Position numbers and translations under genes: made by a program. The notes below the pieces were generated by a model. That model was not told the origin of the DNA, made no database searches, and saw only the letters and a program-made list of their open reading frames with translations. Below, one piece after another: positions 1 through 9,186 of a stretch of DNA of 64,000 nucleotides; the first letter of the stretch is position 1, and each line of letters starts with the position of its first letter. The stretch spans positions 7,781 to 71,780 of the forward strand of contig JAIPAR010000001.1 in the NCBI GenBank assembly GCA_021739985.1, given 5' to 3'. This DNA is from Bacteroidales bacterium. Lineage in GTDB: Bacteria > Bacteroidota > Bacteroidia > Bacteroidales > M50B96.

Positions 1-207
1 ATCCTCATAACCAGTAAAGCATCTTACCCTGCTGAAATCCAAATTTATAACATTCAGGGTTCCATAATTGCTACGCAAGCTGTAGAGTTGATTCCAGGGA
101 ATAATGAATTTGCTCTAAAAAATCTAGGTGAATTTAGTAAAGGCATCTACTTTGTAAAAGTAGAAACTTCAGCAGGAGTAGCTATCGAAAAGCTGGTCAT
201 TCAATAA
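1..207 (+). CDS. 3' end of a secreted protein carrying a T9SS type-A C-terminal sorting domain (partial, start outside window)
   Basis: Frame 1 is open from the window edge to TAA at 205-207. The translation ...YPAEIQIYNIQGSIIATQ...FSKGIYFVKVETSAGVAIEKLVIQ fits the Por secretion tail pattern. Confidence 0.7.
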   Translation: MLITSKASYPAEIQIYNIQGSIIATQAVELIPGNNEFALKNLGEFSKGIYFVKVETSAGVAIEKLVIQ

Positions 208-218
208 TCTAACCATAC

Positions 219-413
219 TTAAGCTTGTGTTTGGCAGCCGGCGTTTTCGTCGAGGCTGCACGCACAGCCGATTCCCTTGTCTGACAAGCCCGAAGAAGCT
301 TTGCATCCCATGGGAGGAACGGTATCATTTTTAGTGAAAAAAAGTTTGATAGCTATGGCAGCCATGGCAATGGCTACTATAATCAAGGCAAATAAGAATA
401 ATTTCCAGAACAT
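219..413 (-). CDS. small single-pass membrane protein with Cys-rich tail (weakly NqrM/DUF539-like)
   Basis: 64-aa ORF with an N-terminal hydrophobic helix FLFALIIVAIAMAAIAIKLFF, then GCKASSGLSDKGIGCACSLDENAGC (4 Cys). It sits 10 nt downstream of ORF 424-720 on the same strand. Confidence 0.45.
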   Translation of the reverse strand: MFWKLFLFALIIVAIAMAAIAIKLFFTKNDTVPPMGCKASSGLSDKGIGCACSLDENAGCQTQA

Positions 414-423
414 AGGCAGTTTT

Positions 424-720
424 TTAATCAGCCAAATGAAGTCCTTTATAGCTTGGTTTGCTCAATTCTTCGGGTTCTGCAAAATCACTTAGGAGTGTTT
501 CGTGTTTTTTTCGAAGGCTATTCAAAGCCTTCTGCTGCTCCTGACGATCCCAGGTTTTAGCACACACGATTTTCCTTTTACGCATATCGCGGTTATGCCC
601 GACATGAGTTTCCGGAAATTTTCCATTTTTTTTGACTAACATTGTGATTGCCATACCGAGGATAGCTAAAACCAGCAAAATAGCCGAAACCGTAATCATT
701 TGAACAAATACCATAAGCAC
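424..720 (-). CDS. small single-pass membrane protein, basic cytoplasmic tail, unknown function
   Basis: 98-aa ORF with a TM helix ITVSAILLVLAILGMAITMLV, then KKNGKFPETHVGHNRDMRKRKIVCAKTWDRQEQ. It appears paired with ORF 219-413. Confidence 0.45.
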   Translation of the reverse strand: MLMVFVQMITVSAILLVLAILGMAITMLVKKNGKFPETHVGHNRDMRKRKIVCAKTWDRQEQQKALNSLRKKHETLLSDFAEPEELSKPSYKGLHLAD

Positions 721-882
721 CTTGGTTTGGCTGCAAAAGTAATAAGTTTATAATCACACGATGAACAAAAAAGCTGAGCTTTTGTTCTTCGATGGAAAAT
801 TAAACAGACAGGCACATCGGCCCGAAGGGCGCAAAACCTGCTAATCAACTGAAGGAAAAGATAGTATATAAACACTAAAAAT

Positions 883-3303
883 ATGTCGAAAGGTAAAGGA
901 AAAGGAATTACAGAGGCTTATAAGAAGGAAGTTCTCGATGATTACCGTATGGCTAATATTAGCCGGAATTGCTCCGTCATCGGGCGAAAAGAAGTATTGA
1001 CCGGAAAAGCCAAGTTTGGAATTTTTGGAGATGGAAAAGAAGTTGCCCAATTAGCTTTGGCTAAGCAATTTAAAAAAGGGGACTGGCGTTCGGGTTATTA
1101 CCGGGATCAAACCTGGATGATGGCCGTTGGCTTATTCTCCCCGGAAGAGTTTTTCTATCAATTATATGGGGAAACAAACCCGGAATTAAGTCCCTCCAAT
1201 GGTGGAAGAACCTTTAATAATCACTTCGGTAGTCGATCAATTAATGAAGATGGAAGCTGGAAAGATTTGACTCAACAACCAAACACATCGGCTGATATTT
1301 CACCAACTGCCGGCCAGATGCCACGTTTACTGGGATTAGCCTGGGCATCCAAACTCTTCCGCCAAAATCCTGAATTACATCAATTTACAACATTATCCAA
1401 CCAAGGAAACGAAGTTGCTTTTGGCTCCATTGGAGATGCCAGTACATCCGAAGGGCATTTCTGGGAAACTATCAATGCAGCCGGGGTCTTGCAAGTTCCT
1501 ATGGCAATCTCCATTTGGGATGACGGCTTTGGAATCTCCGTTCCTCAAAAATATCAAACTACCAAGCAAAACCTATCTTCCCTCCTGAGTGGGTTCCAAA
1601 GTGATGAGCATGGAAAAGGATTTGAAATCTACACCAGCAAAGGTTGGGATTATCCGCATCTGGTAGAAACTTATCAGCGTGCCATTGAAAAATGTCGCAC
1701 AGAGCACGTACCGGTTGCTATTCATGTGAAGGAAATGACACAGCCTCAGGGCCATTCCACCTCCGGTTCACACGAGCGATACAAAAGTGAAGAACGCTTG
1801 CAGTGGGAAATTGATTTCGACCCAATTCGAAAAATGCGTGATTGGATGATTGAAAGCGGAATTGCAACACCAGCCGAACTCGATCAAGTTGAAGCCGATG
1901 CAATGACTATTACGAAAGATGCCCGCCGTAAGGCATGGGCTAATTTCAAAGGTCCAATCGAAGCAGAACGCGAAAAACTGATTCATATCATTGAAAATCG
2001 TCCTTGCCGTTGCAAACGCGAAGGAATTGATAAACCAGGTCTCGTAGTAGCTGATTTGAAAAAAGTTATCTCTCCCATTCGAAAAGATAATTTCGCAGCC
2101 GCAAAGAAAGTGCTCCGTCATGTGTGCCTCGACTGTAACATTCGCGAAAGTCTGCAATCAGAGCTAAGCGACTGGATGGAAAGAAATTACGAAGATGGCC
2201 ATCAGCGCTATAATACCAAACTATATGTTGAAGATCAAACTTCTGCCGTGCTTGTGCAAGGGGTTAAACCTCAGTACAGTGCTGAAACCAAAGAAGTAGC
2301 CGGCCGGGAAGTCCTGCGTGATAATTGGGATTATATCTTTGCGAATAATCCCAAAGTGGTCATTTTTGGGGAAGATGCCGGTCATATCGGTGGCGTGAAC
2401 CAATCACTCGAAGGTCTTCAAAAGAAATATGGCGAAATTCGGGTTACCGATACCGGAATCCGTGAAAACACCATTATGGGTCAGGGACTTGGACTGGCGC
2501 TCCGCGGATTGCGCCCCATTACCGAGATTCAATACTTCGACTATTTGCTTTATGCGCTCCAAACCATGAGCGATGATTTAGCAACAACCCACTATCGTAC
2601 TGTTGGTGGACAGAAAATTCCGGTTATCATTTCAACACGAGGTCACCGTTTAGAAGGAATCTGGCATTCAGGTTCTCCATTAAGCATGGTTATCAATTCC
2701 ATCCGTGGGGTGTATGTATGCGTTCCACGAAACATGACACAAGCTGCCGGATTCTATAACACGCTGCTGGCAGCTGAAGATCCTGCATTGGTTATCGAAC
2801 CTTTAAACGGATATCGTTTAAAAGAGAAAATGCCTGAAAACATTGGGCATTTCAGAACACCGCTGGGAATTCCCGAAATACTGCACGAAGGAAAAGATTT
2901 AACCTTGGTAACTTATGGTTCCTGCGTTCGAATTGCTCAGGATGCCATCGAACAGCTGAAAGAATTCAATATTTCAGTTGAATTAATTGATGTTCAAACC
3001 CTCTTGCCTTTCGATACCAATCACATGATTGTTGAATCGATTAAAAAGACCGGAAAAGTACTCTTCTTCGATGAAGATGTCCCCGGAGGAGCAACTGCAT
3101 TCATGATGCAAAAAGTGCTGGAAGAACAAAAAGCATTCTATTATCTCGATGCTGAGCCCCGCACATTAGCCGGCGAAGAGCATCGCCCGGCCTATGCCAC
3201 CGATGGAGATTATTTCTCCAATCCGAATGCAGAAAACGTTTTTGAAATCGTTTATGACATGATGCGGGAGAGTAATCCTGTAAAATATCCAAAACTATAT
3301 TAA
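883..3303 (+). CDS. fused alpha/beta E1 component of a thiamine-diphosphate-dependent 2-oxoacid (branched-chain type) dehydrogenase
   Basis: 806 aa. The N-terminal half has E1-alpha-like motifs (GRKEVLTGKAKFGIFGDGKE, IGDASTSEGHFWE). The C-terminal half is transketolase-like E1-beta (VVIFGEDAG..GGV, DTGIRENTIMGQGLGLA). This is the typical Bacteroidota fusion. Confidence 0.9.
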   Translation: MSKGKGKGITEAYKKEVLDDYRMANISRNCSVIGRKEVLTGKAKFGIFGDGKEVAQLALAKQFKKGDWRSGYYRDQTWMMAVGLFSPEEFFYQLYGETNPELSPSNGGRTFNNHFGSRSINEDGSWKDLTQQPNTSADISPTAGQMPRLLGLAWASKLFRQNPELHQFTTLSNQGNEVAFGSIGDASTSEGHFWETINAAGVLQVPMAISIWDDGFGISVPQKYQTTKQNLSSLLSGFQSDEHGKGFEIYTSKGWDYPHLVETYQRAIEKCRTEHVPVAIHVKEMTQPQGHSTSGSHERYKSEERLQWEIDFDPIRKMRDWMIESGIATPAELDQVEADAMTITKDARRKAWANFKGPIEAEREKLIHIIENRPCRCKREGIDKPGLVVADLKKVISPIRKDNFAAAKKVLRHVCLDCNIRESLQSELSDWMERNYEDGHQRYNTKLYVEDQTSAVLVQGVKPQYSAETKEVAGREVLRDNWDYIFANNPKVVIFGEDAGHIGGVNQSLEGLQKKYGEIRVTDTGIRENTIMGQGLGLALRGLRPITEIQYFDYLLYALQTMSDDLATTHYRTVGGQKIPVIISTRGHRLEGIWHSGSPLSMVINSIRGVYVCVPRNMTQAAGFYNTLLAAEDPALVIEPLNGYRLKEKMPENIGHFRTPLGIPEILHEGKDLTLVTYGSCVRIAQDAIEQLKEFNISVELIDVQTLLPFDTNHMIVESIKKTGKVLFFDEDVPGGATAFMMQKVLEEQKAFYYLDAEPRTLAGEEHRPAYATDGDYFSNPNAENVFEIVYDMMRESNPVKYPKLY

Positions 3304-3307
3304 GAAG

Positions 3308-3330
3308 AACCGCGAAAGCGGTTTTTTTTT
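3308..3330 (+). terminator. intrinsic terminator after the E1 gene
   Basis: AACCGC-GAAA-GCGGTT hairpin followed by a run of T, starting 5 nt after the stop codon. Confidence 0.7.
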
Positions 3331-3475
3331 GCTCCAAACGCAACTAAATCTACATTTCGCATCTTCGGACTGTTGGGAAATACTGAATCATCTTTATCTT
3401 CGTTTGATTTTAGCATTCCCTTCCTGTTTAAGTTTGAAAAAACATAAACAAAGGATTAGCCCTAATTTGAAGAAA

Positions 3476-4225
3476 ATGAGAAGTAGCAAACTACTGAATC
3501 TGGCGATTCTTTTTACAATCCTTCCGTTCCTCTTTTCCTGCACTCAGGATGAAGGTTACGGTGGAACCTCGTCCATTATAGGTCAGGTTTATATCAAGTA
3601 TTACAATGATGATTTCAGCCTCTTTTTATATGAGGAGCCAGCCGGGGACGAAGAGGTTTATATTGTTTTTGGAGATGAAGAAGCCTCCGGAGATAATGTA
3701 AACACAACATACACAGGCGATTTCAAATTCGACTATCTTTTCCCGGGGTCTTATGACATCGTGTTTTATTCCCTGGATACCAGCCGTCCCTATCTCGATG
3801 AACAACCCGTGGTGCTAAACGTCAGTCTCGATCGTGAGGAAGATAGAAACCTGGGGATTCAGTATATTTACAAATCCAAAGACTGGGATGAGGGCAGCTC
3901 AACCATTCGCGGTCAAATTTTCCTGATTAATTACAAAAGTGAATCTATTTGGCCTGATTATATGATAGTGAAAGATACATCGTATGCGCAGGACATTGAT
4001 GTGTACCTGGTGTATGGATCTCATCTTCAATATGATGAGCGAATCCGTACCATGGATGATGGAAGTTTTGCATTTACCAATCTCATTCCGGGCAATTACC
4101 GCATTTTTGTATATTCGGAAGACCTCAGCGGAGCCACTCAGTATCAGGTTGTTGAGCGGACCGCCACTATCAGCGATGACATGCAGCTAATTGATTTAGG
4201 AATCATCTATACCGAAAAATTATAG
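3476..4225 (+). CDS. lipoprotein with two tandem CarboxypepD_reg-like beta-sandwich repeats
   Basis: I prefer the internal ATG at 3476 (MRSSKLLNLAILFTILPFLFSC lipobox) over 3329. Two repeats have the pattern S.I.GQ....VY.V.G....G.F.F..L.PG.Y.I..YS.D. Confidence 0.7.
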   Translation: MRSSKLLNLAILFTILPFLFSCTQDEGYGGTSSIIGQVYIKYYNDDFSLFLYEEPAGDEEVYIVFGDEEASGDNVNTTYTGDFKFDYLFPGSYDIVFYSLDTSRPYLDEQPVVLNVSLDREEDRNLGIQYIYKSKDWDEGSSTIRGQIFLINYKSESIWPDYMIVKDTSYAQDIDVYLVYGSHLQYDERIRTMDDGSFAFTNLIPGNYRIFVYSEDLSGATQYQVVERTATISDDMQLIDLGIIYTEKL

Positions 4226-4234
4226 GAATAACAT

Positions 4235-4654
4235 ATGAATAAACTTCTGGCCTTAGGAATATTGCTTTGCCTGGGATTTGTCTCAATGGGACAAACACCC
4301 GACGTCCCTAAAATAGGGATTAAAAGCATTAAAGAAATAGAAACCTCGCTTGAGGATGGACTAAATACTCCTCAACTAACTGAATATAAGCTTTTTGATG
4401 AATCTGGACGAATCCTGGAATGGAAGGAAGTCTCCCTTAAAGGGGAGGTAAAACGTTGGGAAAAGTATAAATACAATCCAAATAGCGAACTCATTGAAGA
4501 AACTTTTCTGGATAAAAGCGGTACTGTTACTTCCAAAGTAGTTACCACCTGGGCGAATGGGCTCAAGGTGAAGAAAGAGTATTATGATGGAAAAAACAGA
4601 CTGAAAAAGACTAAAAAGTTTGAATATGAGTATTATGCTGCCGGCAAACGGTAA
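4235..4654 (+). CDS. small secreted beta-rich protein, unknown function
   Basis: 139 aa with signal peptide MNKLLALGILLCLGFVSMGQ. It starts 9 nt after the previous gene and its end overlaps the next gene's start. Confidence 0.6.
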   Translation: MNKLLALGILLCLGFVSMGQTPDVPKIGIKSIKEIETSLEDGLNTPQLTEYKLFDESGRILEWKEVSLKGEVKRWEKYKYNPNSELIEETFLDKSGTVTSKVVTTWANGLKVKKEYYDGKNRLKKTKKFEYEYYAAGKR

Positions 4655-5393
4655 TATCACGGACTTATTCAAGCCCATTTATCTTCCCGATTTAAAAGAA
4701 CTTGAACTGCTAAATCGGGTGGATCAGAAATTTATTTTCCATGCTGATAAGCTTCCTGCCTTGCTTCAGGATTTAAAAGATGATTATTACGCCTTAGAAA
4801 TCAATCAGGTACGCGTTCAGCGCTATCACACCATCTATTTTGATTCCGAGCAAATGCAATTTTACCTTGATCATCAAAATGGATTACGCCCCCGGCAAAA
4901 AGTTCGGCTTCGGACTTATCTCGAAACCGGGAAAATCTTTTTGGAAATCAAGACCAAAAACAATCGAAATAAAACCTTTAAAACGCGTATTCCGGCTCGC
5001 TTTGAAAATATCCAAAATGAAGAAGCCAATGCTTTTATCCGACAAACGACGCAGTTTGAAGCCATCGAGCTGCATCCAACGCTGGTCAATGAGTTTTCGC
5101 GCTTGACGCTAGTTAGTCCGTTGTATAAAGAAAGGATTACGATTGATGTTAATCTGCATTTTACAGATCCTAATGACAGACAGGGTATTAAATTTGATAA
5201 ACTATGCGTATCTGAAATAAAGACGGAAAAACTATCCGGTAAATCACCCATCTTTTCGATTTTGAAACACCATCAGATTTACCCTTCCCGTTTTAGCAAA
5301 TATTGCATAGGCATCAGCAGTTTGAATCCCCAAATCCGGCAAAACCGCTTCAAGCAAACTTACTTACACATGCATAAATTACACATTTTATAA
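4620..5393 (+). CDS. VTC-domain (polyphosphate polymerase domain-containing, triphosphate-tunnel family) protein
   Basis: LNRVDQKFIFH...YALEINQVRVQRYHTIYFDS...LRPRQKVRLRTY...FLEIKTK resembles bacterial VTC-domain proteins. No TM segment. The start is ambiguous (ATG at 4620, 4626 or 4635). Confidence 0.8.
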   Translation: MNMSIMLPANGNITDLFKPIYLPDLKELELLNRVDQKFIFHADKLPALLQDLKDDYYALEINQVRVQRYHTIYFDSEQMQFYLDHQNGLRPRQKVRLRTYLETGKIFLEIKTKNNRNKTFKTRIPARFENIQNEEANAFIRQTTQFEAIELHPTLVNEFSRLTLVSPLYKERITIDVNLHFTDPNDRQGIKFDKLCVSEIKTEKLSGKSPIFSILKHHQIYPSRFSKYCIGISSLNPQIRQNRFKQTYLHMHKLHIL

Positions 5394-5396
5394 AAA

Positions 5397-6059
5397 TTGA
5401 TTATGGACTCGCTTTTTGGCTTAAGTTTTTTTGAAGCAGATGATTTTCTCAAGCTGTTGACCCGTTTGTTATTAAATACCTTCTTTCTTTTATTGATTGT
5501 AAGGTACTTATACTACAACATCACGCGCCGAAAGGACTATTTGTTTACCTATTTACTCATTGGAACAACGGTTTTCCTGTTGAGTTTCCTGCTCGAGAGT
5601 GTTAAAATCCAGTTAGGTTTTGCTCTGGGACTTTTTGCTGTGTTTGGTATCTTACGTTATCGTACGCAACAGATTCCAATCAAGGAGATGACCTATCTCT
5701 TTATCGTTATTGGTTTATCGATTGTGAATGCGCTGGCCAATAAAAAAATCAGCTATGCTGAATTATTACTCACCAATGGAGTGATTTACCTGATGGCCTT
5801 TTTGCTTGAAAAGCAATTCATTTTAAAACATGAATCAACTAAAAACATCCGCTACGAAAAAATTGAAATGATTAAACCTCAGAATTATAAAGCTTTAGTT
5901 GAAGATTTAGAGGAACGAACCGGATTAAAGATTAATCGGGTTGAAATCGGAAATATTGATTTTTCGAAAGATATTGCCAAGATACGCATCTATTATTACG
6001 ACCAGCAAAATGATATTAATTTGGCCGATAATGAAGGAAACCTGCCGGCTGCGAGCTAA
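5397..6059 (+). CDS. DUF4956-family multi-pass membrane protein
   Basis: 220 aa with several hydrophobic helices and the motif LFAVFGILRYRTQQIPIKEMTYLF. It starts 3 nt after the VTC gene, its usual genomic partner. Confidence 0.75.
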   Translation: MIMDSLFGLSFFEADDFLKLLTRLLLNTFFLLLIVRYLYYNITRRKDYLFTYLLIGTTVFLLSFLLESVKIQLGFALGLFAVFGILRYRTQQIPIKEMTYLFIVIGLSIVNALANKKISYAELLLTNGVIYLMAFLLEKQFILKHESTKNIRYEKIEMIKPQNYKALVEDLEERTGLKINRVEIGNIDFSKDIAKIRIYYYDQQNDINLADNEGNLPAAS

Positions 6060-6741
6060 ACTCACCGCACCGGCAAGCTTGAGTTTCCTGCTTTTAGGCT
6101 TGTTGATGCTGCCTCTGATGGGGCAAAGTCAGCAGGTTGATAGCCGTATGCGTGCCGGACTGATTCTCTCAGGCGATTTGGGAAGCAAGTTTAAAGGCCG
6201 ATTGGGTCTGGAGCAGCGATTCAAGGATAATTTACACCAATACGACCGCTTTCTACTTGAGCCGGAAATTTCTTATGAAGCAAGCAACTCCACCGAAATC
6301 TCGTGGGTTTACCGGGGCAGTCTGGAACAAGAAGAGGGTCGCTTTGTCTGGCAAAACCGAATTGGAATGGCAGGCAGCTGGTGGAAAAATTGCAGCGATT
6401 GGCGTATCAAGTACACACTTAGTTCGCAATACAGCTTGCCGGATTACGACGAGCCGGCGGCATTTTACAATCATTTTGTCCTGCGAAACAAACTAGCTAT
6501 TCGCTATGCCATTTTTGGCACCCGCTTTAGCCCTGAATTCAAAGCAGAACTGTTCACGTCGTTCGAAAACAAGCAAGCCAGAGCCTACCAGCTGCGAACC
6601 AGCCTGCAACTAAACTACCGCCTCACCCGAAACAGTTCATTGGAACTCTATATCATGTATGATGATGAATTTCAGGTATTTAATCCCGAAGATGCCTTGA
6701 TTCTTGGCTTCACGTTTAATAAAAACTTCCTATTTAATTAA
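6031..6741 (+). CDS. putative outer-membrane beta-barrel protein (DUF2490-like)
   Basis: Internal ATG at 6031 gives signal peptide MKETCRLRAKLTAPASLSFLLLGLLMLPLMGQ. The rest has alternating beta-strand-like composition and an aromatic C-terminus (NFLFN). It overlaps the DUF4956 gene's end by 29 nt. Confidence 0.55.
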   Translation: MKETCRLRAKLTAPASLSFLLLGLLMLPLMGQSQQVDSRMRAGLILSGDLGSKFKGRLGLEQRFKDNLHQYDRFLLEPEISYEASNSTEISWVYRGSLEQEEGRFVWQNRIGMAGSWWKNCSDWRIKYTLSSQYSLPDYDEPAAFYNHFVLRNKLAIRYAIFGTRFSPEFKAELFTSFENKQARAYQLRTSLQLNYRLTRNSSLELYIMYDDEFQVFNPEDALILGFTFNKNFLFN

Positions 6742-6916
6742 TCCAGAATTAGCTTTTAGCGACTTAGCTTAGCCTATCTTGCACCCCTGAAGCCGGTTAG
6801 GAATGCGGTCTGCTATGTGATAGCAAGATTTGTGTTTCACGGCTTTTTCCTTTATTTTGTAGCTCGAATCCAATAGGCAATTATTACCTTCATCGACCCC
6901 AAAAAAGAAGCACAAT

Positions 6917-8161
6917 ATGCAACAAAAAGTACTTTTATTAGCTGCTCTGATAGGATTTCTAAGCATCGGTCTTTTCGCCCAATCCGGTTCCAATCCCAAA
7001 CAAAATCGTTACGTTGTGGTAATTTCTATGGATGGGTTTCGGCATGATTATGATAATAGGGCTCATACACCAACGCTTGATTCACTGGCTCGAGTTGGCG
7101 TTCACTGTGAGCGTTTTGTTCCGGCCTTTCCGAGTCTTACCTTTCCCAATCATTACAGCTTAGCTACCGGCTTGTATCCGAACAATCACGGTATTGTGCA
7201 CAACCAGTTTTACGATGCCGAACTGGACAAAATCTATAGCATTGGGGACAGAAAAGCAGTTGAAAATCCTGCTTTCTATGGGGGAGAGCCTATTTGGATT
7301 ACAGCCGAAAAGCAAGATATAATCACAGCCAGCTACTTTTGGGTAGGCAGCGAAGCGGCTATTCAGGGAATGCAACCTAGCTATTGGCATAAGTATCAGC
7401 AAAATATACCATTTAAACAAAGAGCCGACAGTGTTATTGCCTGGTTATCGAAACCAGCCAATCAACGTCCTCATCTTATTATGTGGTATTGGCACGAACC
7501 GGATGGAACCGGTCACGATGCCGGCCCGGAGAGCGCTGAAATTGTTCCTTTGATTGAAAGTCTCGACCGGGAGCTGGGCCTTTTTTTAAAAAGGATGAAC
7601 CGCCTTTCCATCGCTTCACAGATTGATTTTCTGCTTGTTTCAGACCATGGAATGCAGGAAGTGGATGCTGAAAATAAAGTACGCTTTATCGAAGATTATG
7701 TCAATGAATCCTGGGTGGAACGCGTAACAGGCTACAATCCCGTAATGAATATTGATTGCAAAACAGGCTATGAAGATTCAGTGTATCAAAGTCTGGCCAA
7801 AGGCGACCATTTCAAAGTCTTTCGAAAAGGAGAATTTCCGGAATCCTGGCATTATGGAACTAATCCACGGGAACTTGAAATAACGGTTGTAGCTGATTCG
7901 GGTTGGGTATTCCGCTCTAAATCAAAATCTTATGATACACATGGAGCGCATGGTTATGATCCCCGGAATTCGAATATGCACGCCATATTTTATGCAGCCG
8001 GCCCCTCGTTTAAAAAGAATTTTACCATTCCCATGCTTGAAACGGTAGATTTATATGGCATCATTTGTCGAAGCTTACATCTTATCCCTCAAAAAACCGA
8101 TGGAAATGCCGAGCGATATAATGATATCTTCCTGATTAATCTTCCTCCATCGCTGCAATAG
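6917..8161 (+). CDS. secreted ectonucleotide pyrophosphatase/phosphodiesterase (ENPP, alkaline-phosphatase superfamily)
   Basis: Signal peptide, then VVISMDGFRHDY, PSLTFPNHYSLATGLYPNNHGIV, WHEPDGTGHD, VSDHGM and GAHGYD metal and nucleophile motifs. Confidence 0.9.
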   Translation: MQQKVLLLAALIGFLSIGLFAQSGSNPKQNRYVVVISMDGFRHDYDNRAHTPTLDSLARVGVHCERFVPAFPSLTFPNHYSLATGLYPNNHGIVHNQFYDAELDKIYSIGDRKAVENPAFYGGEPIWITAEKQDIITASYFWVGSEAAIQGMQPSYWHKYQQNIPFKQRADSVIAWLSKPANQRPHLIMWYWHEPDGTGHDAGPESAEIVPLIESLDRELGLFLKRMNRLSIASQIDFLLVSDHGMQEVDAENKVRFIEDYVNESWVERVTGYNPVMNIDCKTGYEDSVYQSLAKGDHFKVFRKGEFPESWHYGTNPRELEITVVADSGWVFRSKSKSYDTHGAHGYDPRNSNMHAIFYAAGPSFKKNFTIPMLETVDLYGIICRSLHLIPQKTDGNAERYNDIFLINLPPSLQ

Positions 8162-8204
8162 TAAGCGCATTTTTACAACAAGCAAAATGTAAACATTCCC
8201 CTGA

Positions 8205-8936
8205 TTAATCCTCTTCTACCGGTTTGACTGATAATATATCTCCCAAATTAAAAGATAGACCCGTATAAATTTGAACAAATATCATTTGATTAATAGCTGT
8301 ATTCACTACATTCACAAAGTCACTTTCTGCTTGGTTATTCAAATCGGCCCTCAGACCAATGCCCAAATTCCACCACATTTTCTGACGGATGGGAATCTTT
8401 ATTCCGGTTTTAAACTGCAATGAAAATACTCCACTTGTCATTTTCCCTTTTACTTTACCCCCATAATACACTGTATCAGTTTCAATTGAGGTAAAAATGT
8501 CTTCCGACTTTATAAGATATCCATTGACGGAATTATAAAAAAGCCAAGCCATGGAAGGGCCGCCGGCGATATAAAATTGAATCCTCCTATCCCAGGTATA
8601 TTCGATTTGATATCCAAAGACAGCATAATTTAATTGCATGTCCAGGTTGTTATTTCCAAATTTTGGTTCATTTACCCAGCTACTTGTAAGATGAAAAGCA
8701 GTATAGCTATAATCCACGGAAAATACGCTACTTACTTCCTTCTTATTGGTATATTTCAACTCTACTCCCAGCAATCCACCCAAACCTGGCTCCAGAGTCA
8801 ATGATGTCATTTTATCATCCAGTTCCCTGGTGTGATAAATCATAGGCTGATAGCCTGAGTAAACGGATAAAATTTGTTGTCCTATCAAAGTGTTGGCAAT
8901 CAATATCCAACCCAGTAGCATAATGGCTTTTTTCAT
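8205..8936 (-). CDS. outer membrane beta-barrel (porin-family) protein
   Basis: 243 aa with signal peptide MKKAIMLLGWILIANTLIGQ and an alternating aromatic/Gly-rich strand pattern. Confidence 0.65.
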   Translation of the reverse strand: MKKAIMLLGWILIANTLIGQQILSVYSGYQPMIYHTRELDDKMTSLTLEPGLGGLLGVELKYTNKKEVSSVFSVDYSYTAFHLTSSWVNEPKFGNNNLDMQLNYAVFGYQIEYTWDRRIQFYIAGGPSMAWLFYNSVNGYLIKSEDIFTSIETDTVYYGGKVKGKMTSGVFSLQFKTGIKIPIRQKMWWNLGIGLRADLNNQAESDFVNVVNTAINQMIFVQIYTGLSFNLGDILSVKPVEED

Positions 8937-9186
8937 CTTTAACTAATCTTAGTTCTTATGTATGCTGTATTTTTCACGATGATATGTCCAGGGAAGCAAT
9001 CTCGTAAAGTGTATTTTTTATCTAATGGACATGTCATAATTCAGCTATATCTTTACAACGTTAAATTGTGAAAAGGATTCTCCGGCAAAGCCTATAAAAG
9101 TAAAAAAAAAGCCAGTAATCCTAATCACCGTCATAAAATTCTGTAAAGTCATTCATTCATCGATTATCAATCTTTTTTTTAACACT

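Noticed and set aside
3329-3475. Upstream extension of the lipoprotein ORF to ATG 3329
   Set aside because: That ATG lies within the T run of the terminator of the preceding gene. The extension encodes no signal peptide, whereas ATG 3476 gives a textbook lipoprotein signal.
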